Shown: positions 49,201 through 61,200 of the stretch, piece after piece
How the letters are laid out: the number at the start of each line of letters is the position of its first letter
Numbering within the stretch: the stretch's first letter is position 1
Assembly: GCA_032718475.1 (NCBI GenBank)
Contig: JAUCBJ010008795.1
Span: 1-64,000 of the forward strand
DNA: 64,000 nucleotides
Origin: Nemertoderma westbladi
Taxonomy: Eukaryota > Animalia > Xenacoelomorpha
Direction: 5' to 3'
Program-made: the position numbers and the translations under genes
Notes under the pieces: generated by a model
What the model was told of the DNA's origin: nothing
The model's database searches: none
Seen by the model: the letters and a program-made list of their open reading frames with translations, nothing else

Positions 49201-52200
49201 TTATTGTCCAGGGAGTACATCAGTAGGAACAGGTTAGGTGTTATTGTCCAGTGAGTACATCAGGAGGAACAGGTTAGGTGTTATTGTCCAGGGAGTACAT
49301 CAGTAGGAACAGGTTAGGTGTTATTGTCCAGGGAGTACATCAGGAGGAACAGGTTAGGTGTTATTGTCCAGTGAGTACATCATGAGGAACAGGTTAGGTG
49401 TTATTGTCCAGTGAGTACATCATGAGGAACAGGTTAGGTGTTACTGTCCTGTGAGTACATCAGTAGGAACAGGTTAGGTGTTATTGTCCAGGGAGTACAT
49501 CATGAGGAACAGGTTAGGTGTTATTGTCCTGTGAGTACATCATGAGGAACAGGTTAGGTGTTATTGTCCTGTGAGTACATCAGGAGGATCAGGTTAGGTG
49601 TTATTGTCCAGTGAGAACATCATGAGGAACAGGTTAGGCGTTACTGTCCTGTGAGTACATCAGGAGGAACAGGTTAGGTGTTATTGTCCAGTGAGTACAT
49701 CAGGAGGAACAGGTTAGGTGTTATTGTCCAGTGAGTACATCAGGAGGAACAGGTTGGGTGTTACTGTCCTGTGAGTACATCAGTAGGAACAGGTTAGGTG
49801 TTATTGTCCTGTGAGTACATCAGGAGGATCAGGTTAGGTGTTATTGTCCAGTGAGTACATCATGAGGAACAGGTTAGGTGTTACTGTCCTGTGAGTACAT
49901 CAGGAGGAACAGGTTAGGTGTTATTGTCCAGTAAGTACATCAGGAGGAACAGGTTAGGTGTTACTGTCCTTTGAGTACATCAGGAGGAACAGGTTAGGTT
50001 TTATTGTACACTGTACAGTGAGTACATCAGGAGGAACAGGTTAGGTGTTATTGTCCTGTGAGTACATCAGTAGGAACAGGTTAGGTGTTACTGTCCTGTG
50101 AGTACATCAGTAGGAACAGGTTAGGTGTTATTGTGCAGTGAGTTCATCATGAGGAACAGGTTATGTGTTATTGTCCTGTGAGTACATCAGTAGGAACAGG
50201 TTAGGTGTTATTGTCCTGTGAGTACATCAGTAGGAACAGGTTAGGTGTTATTGTCCAGGGAGTACATCAGTAGGAACAGGTTAGGTGTTACTGTCCAGTA
50301 AGTACATCAGTAGGAACAGGTTAGGTTTTATTGTACACTGTACAGTGAGTACATCAGGAGGAACAGGTTAGGTGTTATTGTCCTGTGAGTACATCAGTAG
50401 GTACAGGTTAGGTGTTACTGTCCTGTGAGTACATCAGTAGGAACAGGTTAGGTGTTATTGTGCAGTGAGTTCATCATGAGGAACAGGTTATGTGTTATTG
50501 TCCTGTGAGTACATCAGTAGGAACAGGTTAGGTGTTATTGTGCAGTGAGTACATCAGGAGGATCAGGTTAGGTGTTATTGTCCAGTGAGTACATCAGGAG
50601 GAACAGGTTAGGTGTTATTGTCCAGTGAGTACATCAGTAGGAACAGGTTAGGTGTTATTGTCCTGTGAGTACATCAGGAGGATCAGGTTAGGTGTTATTG
50701 TCCAGTGAGAACATCATGAGGAACAGGTTAGGCGTTACTGTCCTGTGAGTACATCAGGAGGAACAGGTTAGGTGTTATTGTCCAGTGAGTACATCAGGAG
50801 GAACAGGTTAGGTGTTATTGTCCAGTGAGTACACCAGGAGGAACAGGTTGGGTGTTACTGTCCTGTGAGTACATCAGTAGGAACAGGTTAGGTGTTATTG
50901 TCCTGTGAGTACATCAGGAGGATCAGGTTAGGTGTTATTGTCCAGTGAGTACATCATGAGGAACAGGTTAGGTGTTACTGTCCTGTGAGTACATCAGGAG
51001 GAACAGGTTAGGTGTTATTGTCCAGTGAGTACATCAGGAGGAACAGGTTAGGTGTTACTGTCCTTTGAGTACATCAGGAGGAACAGGTTAGGTTTTATTG
51101 TACACTGTACAGTGAGTACATCAGGAGGAACAGGTTAGGTGTTATTGTCCTGTGAGTACATCAGTAGGAACAGGTTAGGTGTTACTGTCCTGTGAGTACA
51201 TCAGTAGGAACAGGTTAGGTGTTATTGTGCAGTGAGTTCATCATGAGGAACAGGTTATGTGTTATTGTCCTGTGAGTACATCAGTAGGAACAGGTTAGGT
51301 GTTATTGTCCTGTGAGTACCTCAGTAGGAACAGGTTAGGTGTTATTGTCCAGGGAGTACATCAGTAGGAACAGGTTAGGTGTTACTGTCCAGTAAGTACA
51401 TCAGTAGGAACAGGTTAGGTTTTATTGTACACTGTACAGTGAGTACATCAGGAGGAACAGGTTAGGTGTTATTGTCCTGTGAGTACATCAGTAGGTACAG
51501 GTTAGGTGTTACTGTCCTGTGAGTACATCAGTAGGAACAGGTTAGGTGTTATTGTGCAGTGAGTTCATCATGAGGAACAGGTTATGTGTTATTGTCCTGT
51601 GAGTACATCAGTAGGAACAGGTTAGGTGTTATTGTCCTGTGAGTACATCAGTAGGAACAGGTTAGGTGTTATTGTCCAGGGAGTACATCAGGAGGAACAG
51701 GTTAGGTGTTATGGTCCAGTGAGTACATAATGAGGAACAGGTTAGGTGTTATTGTCCAGGGAGTACATCATGAGGAACAGGTTAGGTGTTATTATCCAGT
51801 GAGTACATCATGAGGAACAGGTTAGGTGTTATTGTCCAGGGAGTACATCATGAGGAACAGGTTAGGTGTTATTGTCCAGTGAGTACATCATGAGGATCAG
51901 GTTAGGTGAAACTGTCCTGTGAGTACAACAGTAGGAACAGGTTAGGTGTTATTGTCCTGTGAGTACATCAGGAGGATCAGGTTAGGTGTTATTGTCCAGT
52001 GAGTACATCATGAGGAACAGGTTAGGTGTTACTGTCCTGTGAGTACATCAGGAGGAACAGGTTAGGTGTTATTGTCCAGTGAGTACATCAGGAGGAACAG
52101 GTTAGGTGTTACTGTCCTTTGAGTACATCAGGAGGAACAGGTTAGGTTTTATTGTACACTGTACAGTGAGTACATCAGGAGGAACAGGTTAGGTGTTATT

Positions 52201-55200
52201 GTCCTGTGAGTACATCAGTAGGAACAGGTTAGGTGTTACTGTCCTGTGAGTACATCAGTAGGAACAGGTTAGGTGTTATTGTGCAGTGAGTTCATCATGA
52301 GGAACAGGTTATGTGTTATTGTCCTGTGAGTACATCAGTAGGAACAGGTTAGGTGTTATTGTCCTGTGAGTACATCAGTAGGAACAGGTTAGGTGTTATT
52401 GTGCAGTGAGTACATCAGTGGGAACAGGTTAGGTGTTATTGTGCAGTGAGTTCATCATGAGGAACAGGTTATGTGTTATTGTCCTGTGAGTACATCAGTA
52501 GGAACAGGTTAGGTGTTATTGTCCTGTGAGTACATCAGTAGGAACAGGTTAGGTGTTATTGTCCAGGGAGTACATCATGAGGAACAGGTTAGGTGTTATT
52601 GTCCTGTGAGTACATCAGTAGGAACAGGTTAGGTGTTATTGTCCAGTGAGTACATCAGTGGGAACAGGTTAGGTGTTATTGTCCAGGGAGTACATCAGTA
52701 GGAACAGGTTATGTGTTATTGTCCTGTGAGTACATCAGTAGGAACAGGTTAGGTGTTATTGTCCTGTGAGTACATCAGTAGGAACAGGTTAGGTGTTATT
52801 GTCCAGTGAGTACATCAGTGGGAACAGGTTAGGTGTTATTGTCCAGGGAGTACATCAGTAGGAACAGGTTATGTGTTATTGTCCTGTGAGTACATCAGTA
52901 GGAACAGGTTAGGTGTTATTGTCCTGTGAGTACATCAGTAGGAACAGGTTAGGTGTTATTGTGCAGTGAGTACATCAGTGGGAACAGGTTAGGTGTTATT
53001 GTGCAGTGAGTTCATCATGAGGAACAGGTTATGTGTTATTGTCCTGCGAGTACATCAGTAGGAACAGGTTAGGTGTTATTGTCCTGTGACTACATCAGTA
53101 GGAACAGGTTAGGTGTTATTGTCCAGTGAGTACATCAGGAGGAACAGGTTAGGTGTTATTGTCCTGGGAGTACATCAGTAGGAACAGGTTAGGTGTTATT
53201 GTCCTGTGAGTACATCAGTAGGAACAGGTTAGGTGTTATTGTCCTGTGAGTACATCAGTAGGAACAGGTTAGGTGTTACTGTCCTGTGAGTACATCAGTA
53301 GGAACAGGTTAGGTGTTATTGTGCAGTGAGTTCATCATGAGGAACAGGTTATGTGTTATTGTCCTGTGAGTACATCATGAGGAACAGGTTAGGTGTTATT
53401 GTCCAGTGAGTACATCATGAAGAACAGGTTAGGTGTTATTGTCCAGGGAGTACATCAGGAGGAACAGGTTAGGTGTTATTGTCCAGTGAGTACATCAGGA
53501 GGAACAGGTTAGGTGTTATTGTCCAGGGAGTACATCAGTAGGAGCAGGTTAGGTGTTACTGTCCAGTGAGTACATCAGGAGGAACAGGTTAGGTGTTATT
53601 GTCCAGGGAGTACATCAGTAGGAACAGGTTAGGTGTTATTGTGCAGTGAGTTCATCATGAGGAACAGGTTATGTGTTATTGTCCTGTGAGTACATCAGTA
53701 GGATCAGGTTAGGTGTTATTGTCCAGTGAGTACATCATGAGGAACAGGTTAGGTGTTATTGTCCAGTGAGTACATCAGGAGGATCAGGTTAGGTGTTATT
53801 GTCCAGTGAGTACATCAGGAGGAACAGGTTAGGTGTTATTGTCCAGTGAGTACATCAGTAGGAACAGGTTAGGTGTTATTGTCCTGTGAGTACATCAGGA
53901 GGATCAGGTTAGGTGTTATTGTCCAGTGAGAACATCATGAGGAACAGGTTAGGCGTTACTGTCCTGTGAGTACATCAGGAGGAACAGGTTAGGTGTTATT
54001 GTCCAGTGAGTACATCAGGAGGAACAAGTTAGGTGTTATTGTCCAGTGAGTACATCAGGAGGAACAGGTTGGGTGTTACTGTCCTGTGAGTACATCAGTA
54101 GGAACAGGTTAGGTGTTATTGTCCAGTGAGTACATCATGAGGAACAGGTTAGGTGTTACTGTCCTGTGAGTACATCAGGAGGAACAGGTTAGGTGTTATT
54201 GTCCAGTGAGTACATCAGGAGGAACAGGTTAGGTGTTACTGTCCTTTGAGTACATCAGGAGGAACAGGTTAGGTTTTATTGTACACTGTACAGTGAGTAC
54301 ATCAGGAGGAACAGGTTAGGTGTTATTGTCCTGTGAGTACATCAGTAGGAACAGGTTAGGTGTTACTGTCCTGTGAGTACATCAGTAGGAACAGGTTAGG
54401 TGTTATTGTGCAGTGAGTTCATCATGAGGAACAGGTTATGTGTTATTGTCCTGTGAGTACATCAGTAGGAACAGGTTAGGTGTTATTGTCCTGTGAGTAC
54501 ATCAGTAGGAACAGGTTAGGTGTTATTGTCCAGGGAGTACATCAGTAGGAACAGGTTAGGTGTTACTGTCCAGTAAGTACATCAGTAGGAACAGGTTAGG
54601 TTTTATTGTACACTGTACAGTGAGTACATCAGGAGGAACAGGTTAGGTGTTATTGTCCTGTGAGTACATCAGTAGGTACAGGTTAGGTGTTACTGTCCTG
54701 TGAGTACATCAGTAGGAACAGGTTAGGTGTTATTGTGCAGTGAGTTCATCATGAGGAACAGGTTATGTGTTATTGTCCTGTGAGTACATCAGTAGGAACA
54801 GGTTAGGTGTTATTGTGCAGTGAGTACATCAGGAGGATCAGGTTAGGTGTTATTGTCCAGTGAGTACATCAGGAGGAACAGGTTAGGTGTTATTGTCCAG
54901 TGAGTACATCAGTAGGAACAGGTTAGGTGTTATTGTCCTGTGAGTACATCAGGAGGATCAGGTTAGGTGTTATTGTCCAGTGAGAACATCATGAGGAACA
55001 GGTTAGGCGTTACTGTCCTGTGAGTACATCAGGAGGAACAGGTTAGGTGTTATTGTCCAGTGAGTACATCAGGAGGAACAGGTTAGGTGTTATTGTCCAG
55101 TGAGTACATCAGGAGGAACAGGTTGGGTGTTACTGTCCTGTGAGTACATCAGTAGGAACAGGTTAGGTGTTATTGTCCTGTGAGTACATCAGGAGGATCA

Positions 55201-58200
55201 GGTTAGGTGTTATTGTCCAGTGAGTACATCATGAGGAACAGGTTAGGTGTTACTGTTCTGTGAGTACATCAGGAGGAACAGGTTAGGTGTTATTGTCCAG
55301 TGAGTACATCAGGAGGAACAGGTTAGGTGTTACTGTCCTTTGAGTACATCAGGAGGAACAGGTTAGGTTTTATTGTACACTGTACAGTGAGTACATCAGG
55401 AGGAACAGGTTAGGTGTTATTGTCCTGTGAGTACATCAGTAGGAACAGGTTAGGTGTTACTGTCCTGTGAGTACATCAGTAGGAACAGGTTAGGTGTTAT
55501 TGTGCAGTGAGTTCATCATGAGGAACAGGTTATGTGTTATTGTCCTGTGAGTACATTAGTAGGAACAGGTTAGGTGTTATTGTCCTGTGAGTACCTCAGT
55601 AGGAACAGGTTAGGTGTTATTGTCCAGGGAGTACATCAGTAGGAACAGGTTAGGTGTTACTGTCCAGTAAGTACATCAGTAGGAACAGGTTAGGTTTTAT
55701 TGTACACTGTACAGTGAGTACATCAGGAGGAACAGGTTAGGTGTTATTGTCCTGTGAGTACATCAGTAGGTACAGGTTAGGTGTTACTGTCCTGTGAGTA
55801 CATCAGTAGGAACAGGTTAGGTGTTATTGTGCAGTGAGTTCATCATGAGGAACAGGTTATGTGTTATTGTCCTGTGAGTACATCAGTAGGAACAGGTTAG
55901 GTGTTATTGTCCTGTGAGTACATCAGTAGGAACAGGTTAGGTGTTATTGTCCAGGGAGTACATCAGGAGGAACAGGTTAGGTGTTATGGTCCAGTGAGTA
56001 CATAATGAGGAACAGGTTAGGTGTTATTGTCCAGGGAGTACATCATGAGGAACAGATTAGGTGTTATTGTCCAGTGAGTACATCATGAGGAACAGGTTAG
56101 GTGTTATTGTCCAGGGAGTACATCATGAGGAACAGGTTAGGTGTTATTGTCCAGTGAGTACATCATGAGGATCAGGTTAGGTGAAACTGTCCTGTGAGTA
56201 CAACAGTAGGAACAGGTTAGGTGTTATTGTCCTGTGAGTACATCAGGAGGATCAGGTTAGGTGTTATTGTCCTGTGAGTACATCAGTAGGAACAGGTTAG
56301 GTGTTACTGTCCTGTGAGTACATCAGTAGGAACAGGTTAGGTGTTATTGTGCAGTGAGTTCATCATGAGGAACAGGTTATGTGTTATTGTCCTGTGAGTA
56401 CATCAGTAGGAACAGGTTAGGTGTTATTGTCCTGTGAGTACCTCAGTAGGAACTGGTTAGGTGTTATTGTCCAGGGAGTACATCAGTAGGAACAGGTTAG
56501 GTGTTACTGTCCAGTAAGTACATCAGTAGGAACAGGTTAGGTTTTATTGTACACTGTACAGTGAGTACATCAGGAGGAACAGGTTAGGTGTTATTGTCCT
56601 GTGAGTACATCAGTAGGTACAGGTTAGGTGTTACTGTCCTGTGAGTACATCAGTAGGAACAGGTTAGGTGTTATTGTGCAGTGAGTTCATCATGAGGAAC
56701 AGGTTATGTGTTATTGTCCTGTGAGTACATCAGTAGGAACAGGTTAGGTGTTATTGTCCTGTGAGTACATCAGTAGGAATAGGTTAGGTGTTATTGTCCA
56801 GGGAGTACATCAGGAGGAACAGGTTAGGTGTTATGGTCCAGTGAGTACATAATGAGGAACAGGTTAGGTGTTATTGTCCAGGGAGTACATCATGAGGAAC
56901 AGGTTAGGTGTTATTGTCCAGTGAGTACATCATGAGGAACAGGTTAGGTGTTATTGTCCAGGGAGTACATCATGAGGAACAGGTTAGGTGTTATTGTACA
57001 GGGAGTACATCAGTAGGTAAAGGTTAGGTGTTATTGTCCAGGGAGTACATCATGAGGAACAGGTTAGGTGTTATTGTCCAGTGAGTACATCATGAGGAAC
57101 AGGTTAGGTGTTATTGTCCAGGGAGTACATCAGTAGGAACAGGTTAGGTGTTATTGTCCAGTGAGTACATCATGAGGATCAGGTTAGGTGAAACTGTCCT
57201 GTGAGTACAACAGTAGGAACAGGTTAGGTGTTATTGTCCAGTGAGTACATCATGAGGATCAGGTTAGGTGAAACTGTCCTGTGAGTACAACAGTAGGAAC
57301 AGGTTAGGTGTTATTGTCCTGTGAGTACATCAGGAGGATCAGGTTAGGTGTTATTGTCCAGTGAGTACATCATGAGGAACAGGTTAGGTGTTACTGTCCT
57401 GTGAGTACATCAGGAGGAACAGGTTAGGTGTTATTGTCCAGGGAGTACATCAGTAGGAACAGGTTAGGTGTTATTGTCCAGTGAGTACATCATGAGGATC
57501 AGGTTAGGTGAAACTGTCCTGTGAGTACAACAGTAGGAACAGGTTAGGTGTTATTGTCCTGTGAGTACATCAGGAGGATCAGGTTAGGTGTTATTGTCCA
57601 GTGAGTACATAATGAGGAACAGGTTAGGTGTTATTGTCCAGGGAGTACATCATGAGGAACAGGTTAGGTGTTATTGTCCAGTGAGTACATCATGAGGAAC
57701 AGGTTAGGTGTTATTGTCCAGGGAGTACATCAGTAGGAACAGGTTAGGTGTTATTGTCCAGTGAGTACATCATGAGGATCAGGTTAGGTGAAACTGTCCT
57801 GTGAGTACAACAGTAGGAACAGGTTAGGTGTTATTGTCCTGTGAGTACATCAGGAGGATCAGGTTAGGTGTTATTGTCCAGTGAGTACATCATGAGGAAC
57901 AGGTTAGGTGTTACTGTCCTGTGAGTACATCAGGAGGAACAGGTTAGGTGTTATTGTCCAGTGAGTACATCAGGAGGAACAGGTTAGGTGTTACTGTCCT
58001 TTGAGTACATCAGGAGGAACAGGTTAGGTTTTATTGTACACTGTACAGTGAGTACATCAGGAGGAACAGGTTAGGTGTTATTGTCCTGTGAGTACATCAG
58101 TAGGAACAGGTTAGGTGTTACTGTCCTGTGAGTACATCAGTAGGAACAGGTTAGGTGTTATTGTGCAGTGAGTTCATCATGAGGAACAGGTTATGTGTTA

Positions 58201-61200
58201 TTGTCCTGTGAGTACATCAGTAGGAACAGGTTAGGTGTTATTGTCCTGTGAGTACATCAGTAGGAACAGGTTAGGTGTTATTGTGCAGTGAGTACATCAG
58301 TGGGAACAGGTTAGGTGTTATTGTGCAGTGAGTTCATCATGAGGAACAGGTTATGTGTTATTGTCCTGTGAGTACATCAGTAGGAACAGGTTAGGTGTTA
58401 TTGTCCTGTGAGTACATCAGTAGGAACAGGTTAGGTGTTATTGTCCAGTGAGTACATCAGTGGGAACAGGTTAGGTGTTATTGTCCAGGGAGTACATCAG
58501 TAGGAACAGGTTATGTGTTATTGTCCTGTGAGTACATCAGTAGGAACAGGTTAGGTGTTATTGTCCTGTGAGTACATCAGTAGGAACAGGTTAGGTGTTA
58601 TTGTCCAGGGAGTACATCATGAGGAACAGGTTAGGTGTTATTGTCCAGGGAGTACATCAGGAGGAACAGGTTAGGTGTTATTGTCCTGTGAGTACATCAG
58701 TAGGAACAGGTTATGTGTTATTGTCCTGTGAGTACATCAGTAGGAACAGGTTAGGTGTTATTGTCCTGTGAGTACATCAGTAGGAACAGGTTAGGTGTTA
58801 TTGTCCAGGGAGTACATCATGAGGAACAGGTTAGGTGTTATTGTCCAGGGAGTACATCAGTAGGAACAGGTTAGGTGTTATTGTCCTGTGAGTACATCAG
58901 TAGGAACAGGTTAGGTGTTATTGTCCTGTGAGTACATCAGTAGGAACAGGTTAGGTGTTATTGTCCAGGGAGTACATCAGTAGGAACAGGTTAGGTGTTA
59001 TTGTCCAGTGAGTACATCATGAGGAACATGTTAAGTGTTATTGTCCTGTGAGTACATCAGTAGGAACAGGTTAGGTTTTATTGTACACTGTACAGTGAGT
59101 ACATCAGGAGGAACAGGTTAGGAGTTATTGTCCTGTGAGTACATCAGTAGGTACAGGTTAGGTGTTACTGTCCTGTGAGTACATCAGTAGGAACAGGTTA
59201 GGTGTTATTGTGCAGTGAGTTCATCATGAGGAACAGGTTATGTGTTATTGTCCTGTGAGTACATCAGTAGGAACAGGTTAGGTGTTATTGTCCTGTGAGT
59301 ACATCAGTAGGAACAGGTTAGGTGTTATTGTCCAGGGAGTACATCAGTAGGAACAGGTTAGGTGTTACTGTCCAGTGAGTACATCAGGAGGAACAGGTTA
59401 GGTGTTATTGTCCAGGGAGTACATCAGTAGGAACAGGTTAGGTGTTATTGTGCAGTGAGTTCATCATGAGGAACAGGTTAAGTGTTATTGTCCTGTGAGT
59501 ACATCAGTAGGAACAGGTTAGGTGTTATTGTCCAGGGAGTACATCAGGAGGAACAGGTTAGGTGTTATGGTCCAGTGAGTACATAATGAGGAACAGGTTA
59601 GGTGTTATTGTCCAGTGAGTACATCATGAGGAACAGGTTAGGTGTTATTGTCCAGGGAGTACACCAGGAGGAACAGGTTAGGTGTTATTGTCCAGTGAGT
59701 ACATCAGGAGGAACAGGTTAGGTGTTATTGTCCTGTGAGTACATCAGTAGGAACAGGTTAGGTGTTATTGTGCAGTGAGTACATCAGTGGGAACAGGTTA
59801 GGTGTTATTGTGCAGTGAGTTCATCATGAGGAACAGGTTATGTGTTATTGTCCTGTGAGTACATCAGTAGGAACAGGTTAGGTGTTATTGTCCAGTGAGT
59901 ACATCAGTGGGAACAGGTTAGGTGTTATTGTCCAGGGAGTACATCAGTAGGAACAGGTTATGTGTTATTGTCCTGTGAGTACATCAGTAGGAACAGGTTA
60001 GGTGTTATTGTCCAGGGAGTACATCATGAGGAACAGGTTAGGTGTTATTGTCCAGGGAGTACATCAGGAGGAACAGGTTAGGTGTTATTGTCCTGTGAGT
60101 ACATCAGTAGGAACAGGTTATGTGTTATTGTCCTGTGAGTACATCAGTAGGAACAGGTTAGGTGTTATTGTCCTGTGAGTACATCAGTAGGAACAGGTTA
60201 GGTGTTATTGTCCAGGGAGTACATCATGAGGAACAGGTTAGGTGTTATTGTCCAGGGAGTACATCAGTAGGAACAGGTTAGGTGTTATTGTCCTGTGAGT
60301 ACATCAGTAGGAACAGGTTAGGTGTTATTGTCCTGTGAGTACATCAGTAGGAACAGGTTAGGTGTTATTGTCCAGGGAGTACATCAGTAGGAACAGGTTA
60401 GGTGTTATTGTCCAGTGAGTACATCATGAGGAACATGTTAAGTGTTATTGTCCTGTGAGTACATCAGTAGGAACAGGTTAGGTTTTATTGTACACTGTAC
60501 AGTGAGTACATCAGGAGGAACAGGTTAGGAGTTATTGTCCTGTGAGTACATCAGTAGGTACAGGTTAGGTGTTACTGTCCTGTGAGTACATCAGTAGGAA
60601 CAGGTTAGGTGTTATTGTGCAGTGAGTTCATCATGAGGAACAGGTTATGTGTTATTGTCCTGTGAGTACATCAGTAGGAACAGGTTAGGTGTTATTGTCC
60701 TGTGAGTACATCAGTAGGAACAGGTTAGGTGTTATTGTCCAGGGAGTACATCAGTAGGAACAGGTTAGGTGTTACTGTCCAGTGAGTACATCAGGAGGAA
60801 CAGGTTAGGTGTTATTGTCCAGGGAGTACATCAGTAGGAACAGGTTAGGTGTTATTGTGCAGTGAGTTCATCATGAGGAACAGGTTAAGTGTTATTGTCC
60901 TGTGAGTACATCAGTAGGAACAGGTTAGGTGTTATTGTCCAGGGAGTACATCAGGAGGAACAGGTTAGGTGTTATGGTCCAGTGAGTACATAATGAGGAA
61001 CAGGTTAGGTGTTATTGTCCAGTGAGTACATCATGAGGAACAGGTTAGGTGTTATTGTCCAGGGAGTACACCAGGAGGAACAGGTTAGGTGTTATTGTCC
61101 AGTGAGTACATCAGGAGGAACAGGTTAGGTGTTATTGTCCAGGGAGTACATCAGGAGGAACAGGTTAGGTATTATTGTCCTGTGAGTACATCAGTAGGAA